From NCBI GenBank assembly GCA_963810165.1, contig CAWEMG010000049.1, forward strand, positions 11,366 through 75,365: 64,000 nt of DNA, written 5' to 3'. The notes beneath the pieces are model-generated. The model searched no databases and was not told the origin of the DNA. It worked only from the letters and a program-made list of their open reading frames with translations. Position numbers and translations under genes: made by a program. Each line of letters starts with the position of its first letter. Position 1 is the first letter of the stretch. The DNA is from an uncultured Gemmatimonadales bacterium. GTDB taxonomy: Bacteria > Gemmatimonadota > Gemmatimonadetes > Gemmatimonadales > GWC2-71-9. Positions 49,894 to 61,092 of this stretch are shown here, in pieces.

Positions 49894-52531
49894 AGTCCTT
49901 CTGCTCGCCTCACTTCTCGTCGCGCGTGACGCTGCGGCGCAGGCACAAGCCGCTGCCGGCTGCACCCGCCAACCGCGCCGTCTACCTGGACAAGGAGGGC
50001 GTCATCCGCTGGCGCGACAATCGGCAGGAGGTCGCCCTCTTCGGCGCGAACTACGTGCTGCCCATCCGCCTCCGACTATCGCGCGGCCGGCTATCTCAAG
50101 GCCGACCGGAAGCGCATGATCGACGAGGACATGGCGCACTTCGCCCGGATGGGCTGGGACGGTCTGCGGCTCACGTTCTGGGGTGACTGGGAGGCCTCCG
50201 ACACCGCCGGCAACCTGATCGCCAACGATCATCTGGACCTGCAGGACTACCTCATCGCCCGCGCGCGCGAGCGCGGGATCTACATGCTCTTCAGCCCGAT
50301 CCAGCTGTACGGCTCCAACTGGCCGGATGCGCTCCAGGACACCACCCAGCCGGGCTTCGGGCGGCACTTCGGCAAGGAGCGGATGGGCACCGACCCGGCC
50401 GCCCTCGCCGCGCAGGTGAACTACCTGCGCCAGATCCTGAAGCACGTGAACCCATATACCGGCGTCGCGCTCAAGGACGAGCCCGCCATCCTCTTCATCG
50501 AGCTGGTCAACGAGCCCTGCGCACCATCCGGAAGACCTGGAAGGCTCGATCCGCTACATCAACGCGCTCACCGAGGCGGTGCGGAGTACCGGGTGCAGGA
50601 AGCCGATCTTCTACAACGTGAGCCAGGACTTCCGGATCTCCGAGGCAATCAGGCGGTCGCGGGTGGATGGCGTGACCTTCGGCTGGTATCCCACCGGGCT
50701 CAACTCGGGCCGCGAGCTGGAAGGCAACTATCTCCGGGGCGTCGATGCCTTCCCCGACATGCTGCGCCGGGAGATCGCGGGCCTGCCGCGCATCGTGTAC
50801 GAGTTCGACACCCCCGACCTGCGCAACAGTACGATGTACCCGGCCATGGCGCGGACCTTTCGTGCGGTGGGCACGCAGATGGCGCTGATGTTCGCCTACG
50901 ACATGCTGCGGACCGCCTCTCGCAACCTCGGCTGGCAGACGCACTACCTGAACCTGGTCTACACGCCGCGGAAGGCCATGAGCGCGATCATCGCCGCCGA
51001 AGCCATGCGCCGCCTGCCTCGGATGCGCTCATACGGGCCGTATCCACGAAACACCCGGTTCGGCGATTTCCGCGTCTCCCACGAGGAGATCTGGGCGAGC
51101 TGGTCGCGCGGGACGCCTTCCTGTATGCCGGCTCCACCCGATCGAAGCCGCCAGATCGTCTCCGCTCTCCGCCGGATCGCCGGCTATGGCTCCTCTCCAG
51201 TACGGTGACCTACGATGGAGAGGGGACATACTTCCTCGACAAGGTGCGTCCGGGTCTGTGGCGACTCGAGGTCTACCCCGACGCCGTGCCCGTCCAGGAT
51301 CCATTCGAGCCGCCGAGTGCCGACAAGATCGTCACCCGTGCGATCCACCGCTCCTGGCCGATGACGGTGGCTCTGCCCGATCTGGGCGATACGTTTACGG
51401 TCCAGCCCGTGACGGCAGGAAACCGGCGCATCGAGCGCGCCGTGGGCGGCCGCGCGGCGGTGGCGCCGGGGGTCTACGTGCTGAGCGCAGCCGGAGCGGT
51501 GGACCAGGCCACGCTGCCGGCGCATATGGGCCATCTCCGCTTCGCGGAGTACCACGCTCCCCTGGCGGATACCCTGCCCCCGGCCGCCGTGCTCCTGGGG
51601 CCGCGCGCGATACCGGCTGGCCGCGATGCACAGCTCCATGCCCGCCTGGTCCACGGAGCTGCCCCAGACTCGTCTGTTCTGTTTATCAGACGGAGGGCCG
51701 ATCCATCATACCGCGGATACCGGATGCGGATGGTCCGGGGCTACGACTACGCCGCCACCATCCCGGCCGCGGAGCTTCGGGAAGGGCCGCATGAGGTGGT
51801 CGTCACCGTCTTCCACGGCAGATCGAGCGTCAGCTTTCCCGGCGGCGCGGCCCAGGCACCTACCGGCTGGAACTATTCCGACCGCAGCGCCTGGCCGGTG
51901 GACGTGACGGGGCCACGAACCCCGCTGCGCTTGTTCGACGCTGCGTTCGACGCCGAGTCGCTTGCGTTCAGCCGCATCGGCGACGCCGGACGCCGGGGGC
52001 TCTTTCAGCTCGGGCTCTCGGAAGACACCGGCAGGCCGGTCTTTCACGTCGCGCTGCCGGCAGATGACAGCGGCCGCGGGCCCAACGGACTACACCGCTT
52101 CATTGGTGATCGCGAGCCGAGTGCGGGCCCGGCAGGAGACCATCGGACCGGCGGAGTCGCTGCGGCTTCGGCTGCGTGGTCTGGGGGCCCGGCAGGTCCT
52201 GCATGTCACCCTGATGGAGGACGACGGCACCAGCTGGAGCGCCCGGGCGACGGTAGACAGTAGCTGGCGCGAGCTCTCGCTCCCGCTCGGCGATTTCACC
52301 ATCGGTCGGGGCGTGCTGCTCCCCCAAGGGTTTCCGGGCGAGTGGAACTACTGGGTCGGGCCGGCGGAAGGCCGCGGCGGTCCCGGGGATCGTCTCCGGC
52401 TCGAGCATCTCGAGCGGCTGCAGCTCTCACTGCGACGCGAGGACGGAGTAGTTGTCGTCCCGGGTGGCTACGGCGTGGAAGTGGAGTGGGTGACGCTGGA
52501 ATTCGGAGACCGGAGGAGCTCGTCGCGCTGA
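49877..52531 (+). pseudogene. Clan GH-A TIM-barrel glycosidase (GH5-like) with a long C-terminal region of unknown function, about 4-5 frame breaks
   Basis: Signal (V)SFCGVLLLASLLVARDAAAQA starts in the right arm of element B. VALFGANYVLP, MAHFARMGWDGLRLTFWGDWE, ILFIELVNEP (acid/base NEP motif), GVTFGWYPTG. The C-terminal ~450 aa has no motif I recognise. Confidence 0.5.
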
Positions 52532-52542
52532 GGCGGCGCCGG

Positions 52543-52917
52543 CTATCGCCGGGTTACCGTGCTGTTGAAGAGCTGAGGCGCGATGTGAAATTCGATCAGT
52601 GCCCCTGGAGCCAGCATGACTTCGCCGGAGCGGAATGGCTGACCGCCACCTCCACTGGGACGCGCCTCAAACTGGACTGAGCCGTTGCCGACCAGATTCT
52701 GAGGAATCACGAAATTGCCGTTCATACCCGGATGCACCGTACCCATGCGATGATTGATTCCCGAGCCCGAGGCGAAGACCTCGATTGGCAGCGCATGTCT
52801 GTTGGACACCCGAACCTCGACGGAGCCGGCGCTCGGAGCGGCGTCGTTAGCGCCTCCCGAGAGCCCACAGGCGCTCAGCAGCAGTGCAGGAAAAAGGAGT
52901 CGCAATCCGGGAAGCAC
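52543..52917 (-). CDS. Lipoprotein, hypothetical
   Basis: MLPGLRLLFPALLLSACG lipobox. 124 aa, intact. Confidence 0.5.
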   Translation of the reverse strand: MLPGLRLLFPALLLSACGLSGGANDAAPSAGSVEVRVSNRHALPIEVFASGSGINHRMGTVHPGMNGNFVIPQNLVGNGSVQFEARPSGGGGQPFRSGEVMLAPGALIEFHIAPQLFNSTVTRR

Positions 52918-53048
52918 GTGCTCTCCAGGTCTGAGGCACTACCAAGTATGCCGAACGGCCGATCCCCGCGCCAGCCCGACTTTCCTGACACGGGTGGTTC
53001 TGCCATCGCTTCAACGTTGGCACTCTACTCATCACAACGGGAAATCTT

Positions 53049-55213
53049 GTGAACTCTTTGGTGCAGGCTTCTTGTTCCCGGTTCCTCAGTGGTCCGTTGG
53101 CCGCACTCATCGTGGCCGCTTCTCCGCTAGAGGCCCAGGTACGTGTGGTCTCCCCCGACGGCCGCAACCAGGTCACTGTAGAGATTCGCGAAGGCCGGCT
53201 GAGCTACAGCCTTGTCCGCGACGGACGCCCGCTGATCCTGCCTTCCATGCTGGGCTTCGCGTTTCGGGGGGCACCGCCGCTGCGAGACCGGCTCCGCATC
53301 ACCGACACCACCCGGCAGGCGAAGGACGAGTGGTGGACCCAGCCCTGGGGCGAGGTGGCACGGGTCCGCGACCACTACAACGAGCTGGCGGTCACCGTCT
53401 ACGGAAACCGACCGCCCGGCCGCCCGACACTTTATCCTGCGGGTGCGGGCATTCGACGACGGCGTGGGCTTCCGGTACGAGCTTCCGCAGCAGCCGGCGC
53501 TCGGCGGGTTCGTGATCAGTGATGAGCTCACCGAATTTGCCCTGGCCGACAACTCGCGGGCCTGGTGGATTCCGTCCAACTATGCCCGGAAAGACCGGTC
53601 CGAAATGCTTTACTCATCGGGCCCGGTCAGCGTGCTCGACAGCGTGCAAACCCCGCTCACGATGCAGTCCCAGGACGGCCGCACCTTCATGGTGATCCAC
53701 GAAGCCAATCTCGTGGACTACGCCCGGATGTTTCTGCGGGGCGCGCGCAGCGAAAGCCGCGTCCTCACGGCCGCCCTGGCGCCGATGGCCGACGGCACCA
53801 AGGTGCGGGGCCGCACGCCATTCGTGACGCCCTGGCGCACGATTCAGCTGGCCGACCGCGCCACCGGGCTGTCGCCTTCCCTGCTCGGCTTGAAGCTCAA
53901 TCCCCCGAACGCGCTCGCCCGCACCGACTGGATCCATCCCATGAAGTACGTCGGCATCTGGTGGGGCATGCACATCGGCACCATGAGCTGGAGCTCGGGA
54001 CCGAAACACGGCGCCACCACCGAGAATACCAAGCGATACATCGACTTCGCGGCGGCCAATGAGCTCGGCGGCGTGCTGGTGGAGGGATGGAACACCGGCT
54101 GGGACGGAGACTGGATCGCGAACCGGGAGGCGTTTTCGTTCACCCAGTCCTATCCCGACTACGACCTCAAGGCCGTTGCTGCGTACGCCAAGCAAAAGGG
54201 CGTGCGGCTGATCGTCCACAACGAGACCTCGGGCGGGGTCGAGAACTACGAGCGCCAGCTGGACAGCGCCTTCACCCTGTACCGGTCGCTGGGGCTCGAT
54301 GCCATCAAGTCCGGCTACGTCACCGACCTGACCAGCGAGGGCCACTCGCACTACTCGCAGTACATGGTGCGCCACTATCGCAAGGTGGTCGAGGCGGCCG
54401 CCAAGTACGGCATCATGGTGAACGTCCACGAGCCGATGCACGACACCGGCGAGCGGCGGACCTACCCCAACATGATGAGCCGCGAGGGGTCCCGCGGTCA
54501 GGAGTACAACGCCTGGAGCGGCGACGGCGGCAACCCGCCGGAGCACGAGACCATCCTCTTCTTCACCCGGCTCCTGGCCGGGCCCATGGACTTCACGCCG
54601 GGGATCTTCGATCTGCTGCGGGTCCGCCGGCCGGAGGAGCCCCGGGTCCGCACCACCCTGGCCAAGCAGCTCGCGCTGTACGTGGTCCTCTACTCGCCGA
54701 TGCAGATGGCGGCCGATCTCCCGGAGAACTACGAGGGACAGCCGGCCTTCCAGTTCATCCGCGATGTCGCGGTGGATTGGGACACGACCCGGGTGCTCGA
54801 CGGCAGGATTGGAGACTATGTCGCGGTCGCGCGCCGTGAGCGCGGGGGGCCAGACCTGGTTCGTGGGAGCGATCACCGACGAGGAGGGGCGCACGCTTGA
54901 CCTTCCGCTCACCTTCCTCACCCCGGGCCAGCGCTACGTCGCCGAGATCTATGCGGATGGCCCCAAGGCGCATTGGCTGGACAATCCGCTGCCGGTCACC
55001 ATCAATCAAACCGCCGTGACCTCCGCGACCCGGCTGCGGGTCAGGCTGGCGCCCGGCGGCGGCCAGGCGATCCGGATCCGGCCGGCACGACGAACAGAGC
55101 GCTCGTTCCGCGCATTCCGTGTACTGAGTGCTGAAGGCGACTGCGCTCGCTCGCCCGGGCGATGGGGGTGCATACCCGCTACATCAACGGCCTGGGCAAG
55201 GCCGTCACCGTAG
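53049..55213 (+). pseudogene. GH97 alpha-glucosidase (SusB-like), 2-3 frame breaks, C-terminus unresolved
   Basis: VSPDGRNQVTVEIREGRLSYSLVRDGRPLILPSMLGF, RAFDDGVGFRYELP, WWIPSNY...EMLY, TPWRTIQLAD, YVGIWWGMH, VLVEGWNTGWDGDW, VHNETSG, YVTDL...HYSQYMVRHY, VNVHEP..DTGERRTYPN.MSREGSRGQEYNAW, FTRLLAGPMDFTPGIF. The in-sequence frame runs to 55213. TGA codons at 55125 and 55132 in other frames are alternative ends. Confidence 0.85.
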
Positions 55214-57072
55214 CTCCCGAGACGCTGGTGCGGGTCTGCGCAGCGCTTGGGAGCCTCGATCGAGCGGCCGGGCGATGCCACCGATGCACTCACCGAACAT
55301 CGCGAGCAGGCCCAGGCGCAGCTCGTGCCGCCTGTGCTCGTTGCCTGGGATGGGTGCCCTCGCCCTTACGATCTCCACCGATCGCCCCATCCATGCCCAG
55401 CTGCAGCTCGAGGACGGATCGGTCGTCCCGCTGGCCCGTTCGGAAGCCGGGTTGGGGACCGCACAGCCGCTTCCCTCCGGGTACCACCGTCTCACCGTCG
55501 AGGCTGGCGAGCCGAAGCGAGACGAGCACGGTCATCGCCGCGCCGCTTCAGGTCTGGCGACGGCCGGGGGAGCATCGGAGCTGGGGCGTCGGGACCCACC
55601 TGGCCGCGCTCCGCTCGGCACGCAGCCGATCGCTTGGAGATCTTCGGGATCTCGAGCTGCTCTGTCGCTGGGTGGGTGAGCGCGGCGGCGACCTGGTCAC
55701 GGTCCTTCCCCTGGTCCCGACCTTCAACTCCCGGCCGCCGGAGCCCAGTCCGTACTCGCCGGTGAGCCGGCTCTTCTGGTCCGAGCTGATCCTCGATCTC
55801 GGTCAGAACCACCGCGCCGTGCCACCACCCCAGGGCCTGGACGTCACCCGCGCCGACGCCGAACTGCGACAAGCTCTGGCCGGGCATCCGCTGCCACCGC
55901 TCTCGGAGCTGGACGAGGAGCTGGTCCGCTACGCCCGCTTTCGCGGCGCGCAGGTCCGGCTCGGCAGGAACTGGCGGGACTGGCCGGCATCCGCCCGCGC
56001 CGGCACGCTCTCTCCTGAGGACATGGATCCGGAAGAGGAGCGCTTTCACCTCGTGGCCCAGACGCTGGCGCGCCGCCAGCTTCGCGACCTGCGGCAACGC
56101 CTCGACGCCGATGGATTTCGTCTGGGGCTCGACCTCGCGGTGGGAGTCCATCCGGACGGCTACGACCCCTGGTCGCGCCAGGCTCTGTTCGCCGAAGGGA
56201 TGTCGGTGGGCGCCCCTCCCGACCAGGGCTTCCCCAGCGGGCAGGACTGGGGGTTCAGCCCGGTGCTTCCCGGGGCATCCCGCCTGGAGGGGCATCGCTA
56301 TCTAGCGGCTTCCATAGCTCACCAGGCGGGGCTCGCGGGCGTGCTCCGGGTGGACCACATTATGGCCTGGACCCGGCTGTACTGGATCCCTCACGGGCTC
56401 GGCCTGCACGACGGGACCTACGTCTCCTATCCGGCCGAGGAGCTGTTCGCGGTGCTGAGCCTGGAGTCGAACCGCCACCGATGCGAGGTGGTGGGCGAGA
56501 ATCTGGGCACCGTGCCGCGCGAGATCTTCGAGGCGCTACCGCGCCACCGGATCTGGGGCATGTACCTCGCCATGTTTCAGGCGTCCGCCGGCCCGGTGGT
56601 TGCGCCGCCGACCGCGGCGGACATGGCCCTGGTCGGCAGCCACGATACGCCGACGTTCGCGGGTTGGCTCAAGGGCAACGACATCGCGGACCGGGTGCGC
56701 CATGGACTGTTGCCGGAGGCAAAAATGCCGGCGGTCATGGAGGAACGGCAGCGCGCCGTCGGATGGTTGGCGGCCCAGCTGGAGAGTACCGCCGAGAACC
56801 CTCGCGCCTTGCTGGCTGCGCTGCTCGAGTGGCTCGGCCGCTCGGACAGCCCGCTCGTGGTTCCCTGGCTCGAGGACCTCTGGCTCGAAGAGGAGTCCGT
56901 CAACCTGCCTGGCACCCCGTCATTCGTTCGCCCCAACTGGCAGCGGCCGATGCGGCGGCTGCTGGACGAGATCTTCAGTGACCCGGACGTGGACGAGCTG
57001 GTACGCCGTCTCGACCGCGCTCGGAGGTCACAAGTCACTCGCGGAGAGATCCTTCGACTGCGCTCAGGATGA
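55162..57072 (+). pseudogene. malQ: 4-alpha-glucanotransferase (amylomaltase, GH77), about 3 frame breaks in the N-terminal 350 nt
   Basis: The long ORF has RSWGVGTHLAALRS..S.GDLRDL, PLVPT...SPYSPVS, GLDLAVGVHPDGYDPW, GQDWGFSPV, LRVDHIMA, VGENLGTVP, GSHDTPTFAGW, NLPGT. The N-terminal domain (ALALTISTDRPIHAQLQLEDGSVVPLA...YHRLTVEAGE) is in ORF 55128-55679. The true start may be GTG 55128. Confidence 0.88.
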
Positions 57073-57103
57073 CAGCACTGGTGGAAAACCGTGAGGGATA
57101 GAC

Positions 57104-58691
57104 ATGGCAACACACGCCGTAACTGCTCCTGCTCTGCCAGTCCGCACGAAGCCGCGACTCACGTTCTGGGAAATCTGGAACATGAGCTTCGGCTTCCTCG
57201 GCATTCAGATCGGCTTCGCCCTCCAGAATGCCAACGTGAGCCGGATCTTCGAGACCCTGGGTGCCAAGGTGGAGAACATCCCCATCCTCTGGATCGCAGC
57301 ACCGGTGACCGGTCTCCTGGTCCAGCCGATCGTCGGCTACATGAGCGATCGGACCTGGAACCGCCTGGGCCGACGGCGGCCTTACTTCCTGGTGGGGGCG
57401 ATCCTGGCGTCGCTCGCGCTGCTGGCGATGCCGAACTCGCCGGCGCTCTGGGTCGCGGCGGGTATGCTCTGGATCATGGATGCGTCGATCAACATCTCCA
57501 TGGAACCGTTTCGCGCCTTCGTGGGCGACAATCTGCCCTCGGAGCAGCGGACCACCGGTTTCGCGATGCAGAGCTTCCTCATCGGCACCGGCGCGGTGGC
57601 GGCCTCGATTCTTCCCTGGCTCCTGACCACGCAGTTCGGGGTGAGCAACGAGGCGCCGCCGCACATGATCCCGGACTCGGTGCGGCTCTCGTTCTACTTC
57701 GGCGCCGCGGTGTTCTTTCTGGCGGTGCTGTGGACGGTGCTGCGCTCGAAGGAGTATGCGCCCGAGGAGATGGCCAGCTTCGCGGAGAACCAGGCGCGGG
57801 AGGGCGTAAGACAGGAGAGTCGAACGGCCGCGGAGTTCAGCGTGAACGGCGGGCGCCAGATCCGCGTGGGGGCGATCCTATTGGTTGTCGGCGTGGTGCT
57901 GAGCGCCTGGCTGGCCCGGGCCGAGATCTACCAGGTGATGATCCTGTCTGCCGGGGTCGCGGCCGTTGGGCGTGCTGCTGATCCTCAGTGGTCTGCTGCA
58001 GCGGGGCGGCCGCTACGACAACGGCTTCGTCACCATCCTGAACGACTTCCAGGACATGCCCCGTACCATGAAGCAGCTGGCCTGGGTCCAGTTCTTCTCC
58101 TGGTTCGCGCTCTTCGCCATGTGGATCTACACCACGCCGGCGGTGACCAGCCATCTCTACGGCACCACCGACGCCAGCTCGGCGCTCTACAACGAGGGCG
58201 CCAACTGGGTCGGGGTGGGTTCGGCGCGTACAACGGCGTCGCGGCCGTGGTCGCCTTCGGAATCCCGATCCTGGCGCGGCGGACCAACCGCAGGATCGCG
58301 CACGCGATCTGTCTGGTCTGCGGCGCCCTCGGGCTGCTATCGATTCTGGTGCTCAACGATCCGCGTCTCCTGCTGGGCTCGATGGTGGGGGTCGGGATCG
58401 CCTGGGCCAGCATCCTCGCCATGCCGTACGCGATCCTGACCGGCTCGCTGCCGCCGTCGAAAATGGGCTACTACATGGGGGTGTTCAATTTCTTCATCGT
58501 GATCCCCCAGATCGTCGCGGCGGCGCTTCTGGGCTTTCTGGTGGGGCGCTTTTTCGGTGGCGAGGCGATCTACGCGCTCGCCATCGGCGGCGGCTCGCTG
58601 CTCCTGGCCGCGGTGCTCACCCTGCGAGTAGAGGACAGGGACGAGCCGGAGACCGGGACGTGGCATCCAGGGTTCCCTCCACCTCGGTCTG
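57104..58691 (+). pseudogene. MFS sugar transporter (SLC45/GPH-like, maltose/sucrose type), 2-3 frame breaks, C-terminus unresolved
   Basis: LTFWEIWNMSFGFLGIQIGFALQNANVSRIFETLGA...QPIVGYMSDRTW.RLGRRRPYFLVG...MEPFRAFVGDNLP. The second half (MKQLAWVQFFSWFALFAMW..., GIAWASILAMPYAIL) is in other frames. The given frame reads through element C to 58915. Confidence 0.8.
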
Positions 58692-58697
58692 ATCATG

Positions 58698-58869
58698 GCA
58701 AAGCAACTGCGCACCACGGAACACGGAAGACGCGGAAGTGCCGGAACTCGGTGGAAGCCGGGAATGCGTCGCGTAACGGAGGTAGACATCCAGTCGGTAT
58801 CAGCCCTTGCCTAGCTGTTCCGTGCGACTTCCGTGTCTTCCGTGTTTCCGTGGTGCGCTTTTGTTTTTG
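58698..58869. repeat. CACGGAAG-octamer inverted-repeat element, copy C (~172 bp)
   Basis: Left arm GCAAAGCAACTGCGCACCACGGAACACGGAAGACGCGGAAGTGCCGGAAC. Right arm CTGTTCCGTGCGACTTCCGTGTCTTCCGTGTTTCCGTGGTGCGCTTTTGTTTTTG. Confidence 0.85.
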
Positions 58870-60519
58870 TTCGCCACGCTGGTCGGCGCGTGTGGCCCCA
58901 GACCCGAGACGATGAAGTCCGTCCCGCCGGTGCGACTGCCTCAGCCACCGACCCGGCCGTGTTCTGGAACAGCGCCACCATCTACTTCCTGCTCACCGAT
59001 CGCTTTTTCAACGGAGACTCGACCAACGACCGCGCCGCGGGCCGCGCGAAGGACGGAGCGGTGCTGCGGAACTTCGAGGGTGGAGACCTCGCCGGCGTGC
59101 TCCAGAAGATCGAGGAGGGATACTTCGACAGCCTGGGCGTGACCGCCATCTGGATGACTCCGTTCGTGGAGCAGATCCACGCAGGGGTCGACGAGGGAAC
59201 CGGGAAGACCTACGGATACCACGGCTACTGGACCCGCGACTGGACCGCCGTGGATCCAGCGCTGGGAACCACAGGACGACCTTCGCGCGGTGGTGGACGC
59301 TGCCCATCGGCATGGCATTCGGGTCCTCATGGACGCAGTGATCAACCACACCGGCCCAGCGACCCCACAGGATCCCGCGTGGCCCGGCGACTGGGTGCGC
59401 ACGGCTCCCAACTGCTCCTACAAGAGCTACGTCACCACGGTGGACTGCACCCTGGTGGCCACGCTTCCCGACATCCGCACCGATCGCGACGCGCCGGTGG
59501 CACTCCCTCCAGCCCTGCTCGAGAAGTGGCAGCAGGAGGGGCGACGGGAGCGCGAAGTGGCGGAGCTCGACGCGTTCTTCGAGCGCACCGGGTACCCGCG
59601 CGCACCGCGCTACTATGTCATCAAATGGCTGACCGATTGGGTGCGCGAGCTCGGCTTCGACGGCTATCGGCTGGACACCGCCAAGCACTTCGAGCCGGCG
59701 GTCAGCGCCGAGCTGAGGCGTGAAGCCGAAGAGGCGCTGAGCGGACTGGAGGCGGACGCATTCGGATCAGGTTCGGGACAGCCTGCCTGTTCTACATGGT
59801 GGGCGAGGTCTACGGTTGGGAGCCGGGCCAGGGCGCGGGAGTACAGCTTCGGCGACCGGACCGTGGACTTCTTCTCCCACGGTTACGACGCCCTCATCAA
59901 CTTTGGCTTCAAGAGCGATACCGCGTCGCTGGATGGTCTCTTCAGCCGGTACTCCGCGATGCTCGACGGCGGGATCACTCCGCGGGGTCAGCATGCTCAA
60001 CTACATCAGCTCTCACGACGACGGATCGCCGTACGATCCCGACCGGAAGGATCCCATCGGCGCCGGGACGCGACTGCTGCTCGCACCAGGGGGCGCTCAG
60101 ATCTACTACGGCGACGAGCTGGCGCGGCCGCTGAGGGTCTCAGGGGCCGAGGGCGATGCGAACCTGCGGTCGTTCATGAACTGGGGAGATCTGGAGCGCC
60201 GGGCCGAGGTTCTACAGCATTGGCGCAAGCTGGGGCGATTCCGTCGGGCCCATCCTGCCGTGGGGGCCGGCGTACATCGCACGCTTCAGGCGAAGCCGTA
60301 CATCTTCAGCCGCACGCTCGAGTCGGGGGGCAAGGTCCGATCGCGTGCTGGTGGCGATGGATCAGGGAAAGGGGGCCAAGACGATCCCGGTGTTTGGCGT
60401 GTTCCCCGATGGCACCAAACTGGTGGACGCATACTCGGGCGTGTAGCCACTGTGTAAGAGACGGGAAGGTTTCGCTTACGACCGGATCCGGCCTGGTACT
60501 GCTCGCTGAGCCACGGTAA
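58822..60519 (+). pseudogene. GH13 alpha-amylase, lipoprotein, about 5 frame breaks
   Basis: GTG 58822 gives (M)RLPCLPCFRGALLFLFATLVGAC (lipobox), encoded by the right arm of element C. FLLTDRFFNGD, GH13 regions I LMDAVINHTG, II GYRLDTAKH, III MVGEVYG, IV NYISSHDD. The end is ...KVSLTTGSGLVLLAEPR*. Confidence 0.85.
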
Positions 60520-61084
60520 AGGCGCACCACGGAAGCACGGAAGACACGGAAGTAGCACGGAAGAACGGACATTACCGCAGAAATCGACTTAATGCCGTGC
60601 GAACAGAGTTGATACGTTGAATTTAATGAGAGAGTCCGGAGGACTCCCATTGCAGGCGCATGTAAGTCAACTGAGCTGATGCGGAATGAATCGGGGACGG
60701 TTTATCACTGATTTTATTTCGACAACTAGGACGTCTTCGATCAGTAGATCAATGACATACCCCTTCGCGAGCTGTATTCCCTTGTATTGCAAGAGGCAAG
60801 ACAACCTCGCTTCGATACGGGATCTCTCGAGCTCGCGACACGGGCATATATCATTGATTCGTTGATCGAGAGACCGGGCCTAATTGACGAGATCAAAGCC
60901 GTCGATGCAAACTCGCTGGCCGTTCGTCTGCATGACTGATGAGCCTACATGCGTCTCACAACAGCTCTCCCATGATCTTCTCGACTGAATTATCAACGTT
61001 CACCTTTTACCGCACGGCATCAAGAGAATCTGCTGTGATCCGTGCCTTCCGTGTCTTCCGTGCTTCCGTGGTGAGCTTTTGCAG
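60516..61084. mobile_element. CACGGAAG-octamer inverted-repeat element, copy D (~570 bp), with a low-GC core carrying a GxxExxY pseudogene; IVS-like cassette
   Basis: Left arm 60516-60568 and right arm 61037-61084 are reverse complements. A nested 10-bp inverted repeat ATGCCGTGCG/CGCACGGCAT lies at 60592-60601 / 61011-61020. The core is ~49% GC by hand count (205/420 over 60601-61020). It sits between two convergent GH13 stops (60519 and 61093). Confidence 0.7.
60572..61003 (-). pseudogene. GxxExxY-family (PD-(D/E)XK nuclease fold) protein remnant
   Basis: Minus-strand hand translation: ...RPGLSINESMIY... / ...LSCLLQYKGIQLAKGYVIDLLIEDVLVVEIKSVINRPRFIPHQLS*LTCACNGSPPDSLIKFNVSTLFARH* / HGIKSISAV. 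This matches the family pattern YKG..L..GY..DLLVE..VIVELK...H.AQL..YL...LLINFNV...GIKR, with in-frame stops and frame breaks. Confidence 0.6.
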
Positions 61085-61092
61085 TTACGGCG

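Noticed and set aside
58691-58915. C-terminal extension of the MFS transporter ORF (57104-58915) through element C
   Set aside because: The extension (…HGKATAHHGTRKTRKCRNS…CDFRVFRVSVVRFCFCS…) is just the repeat arms read in frame. It has no membrane-protein character and probably results from a lost stop or frame break.
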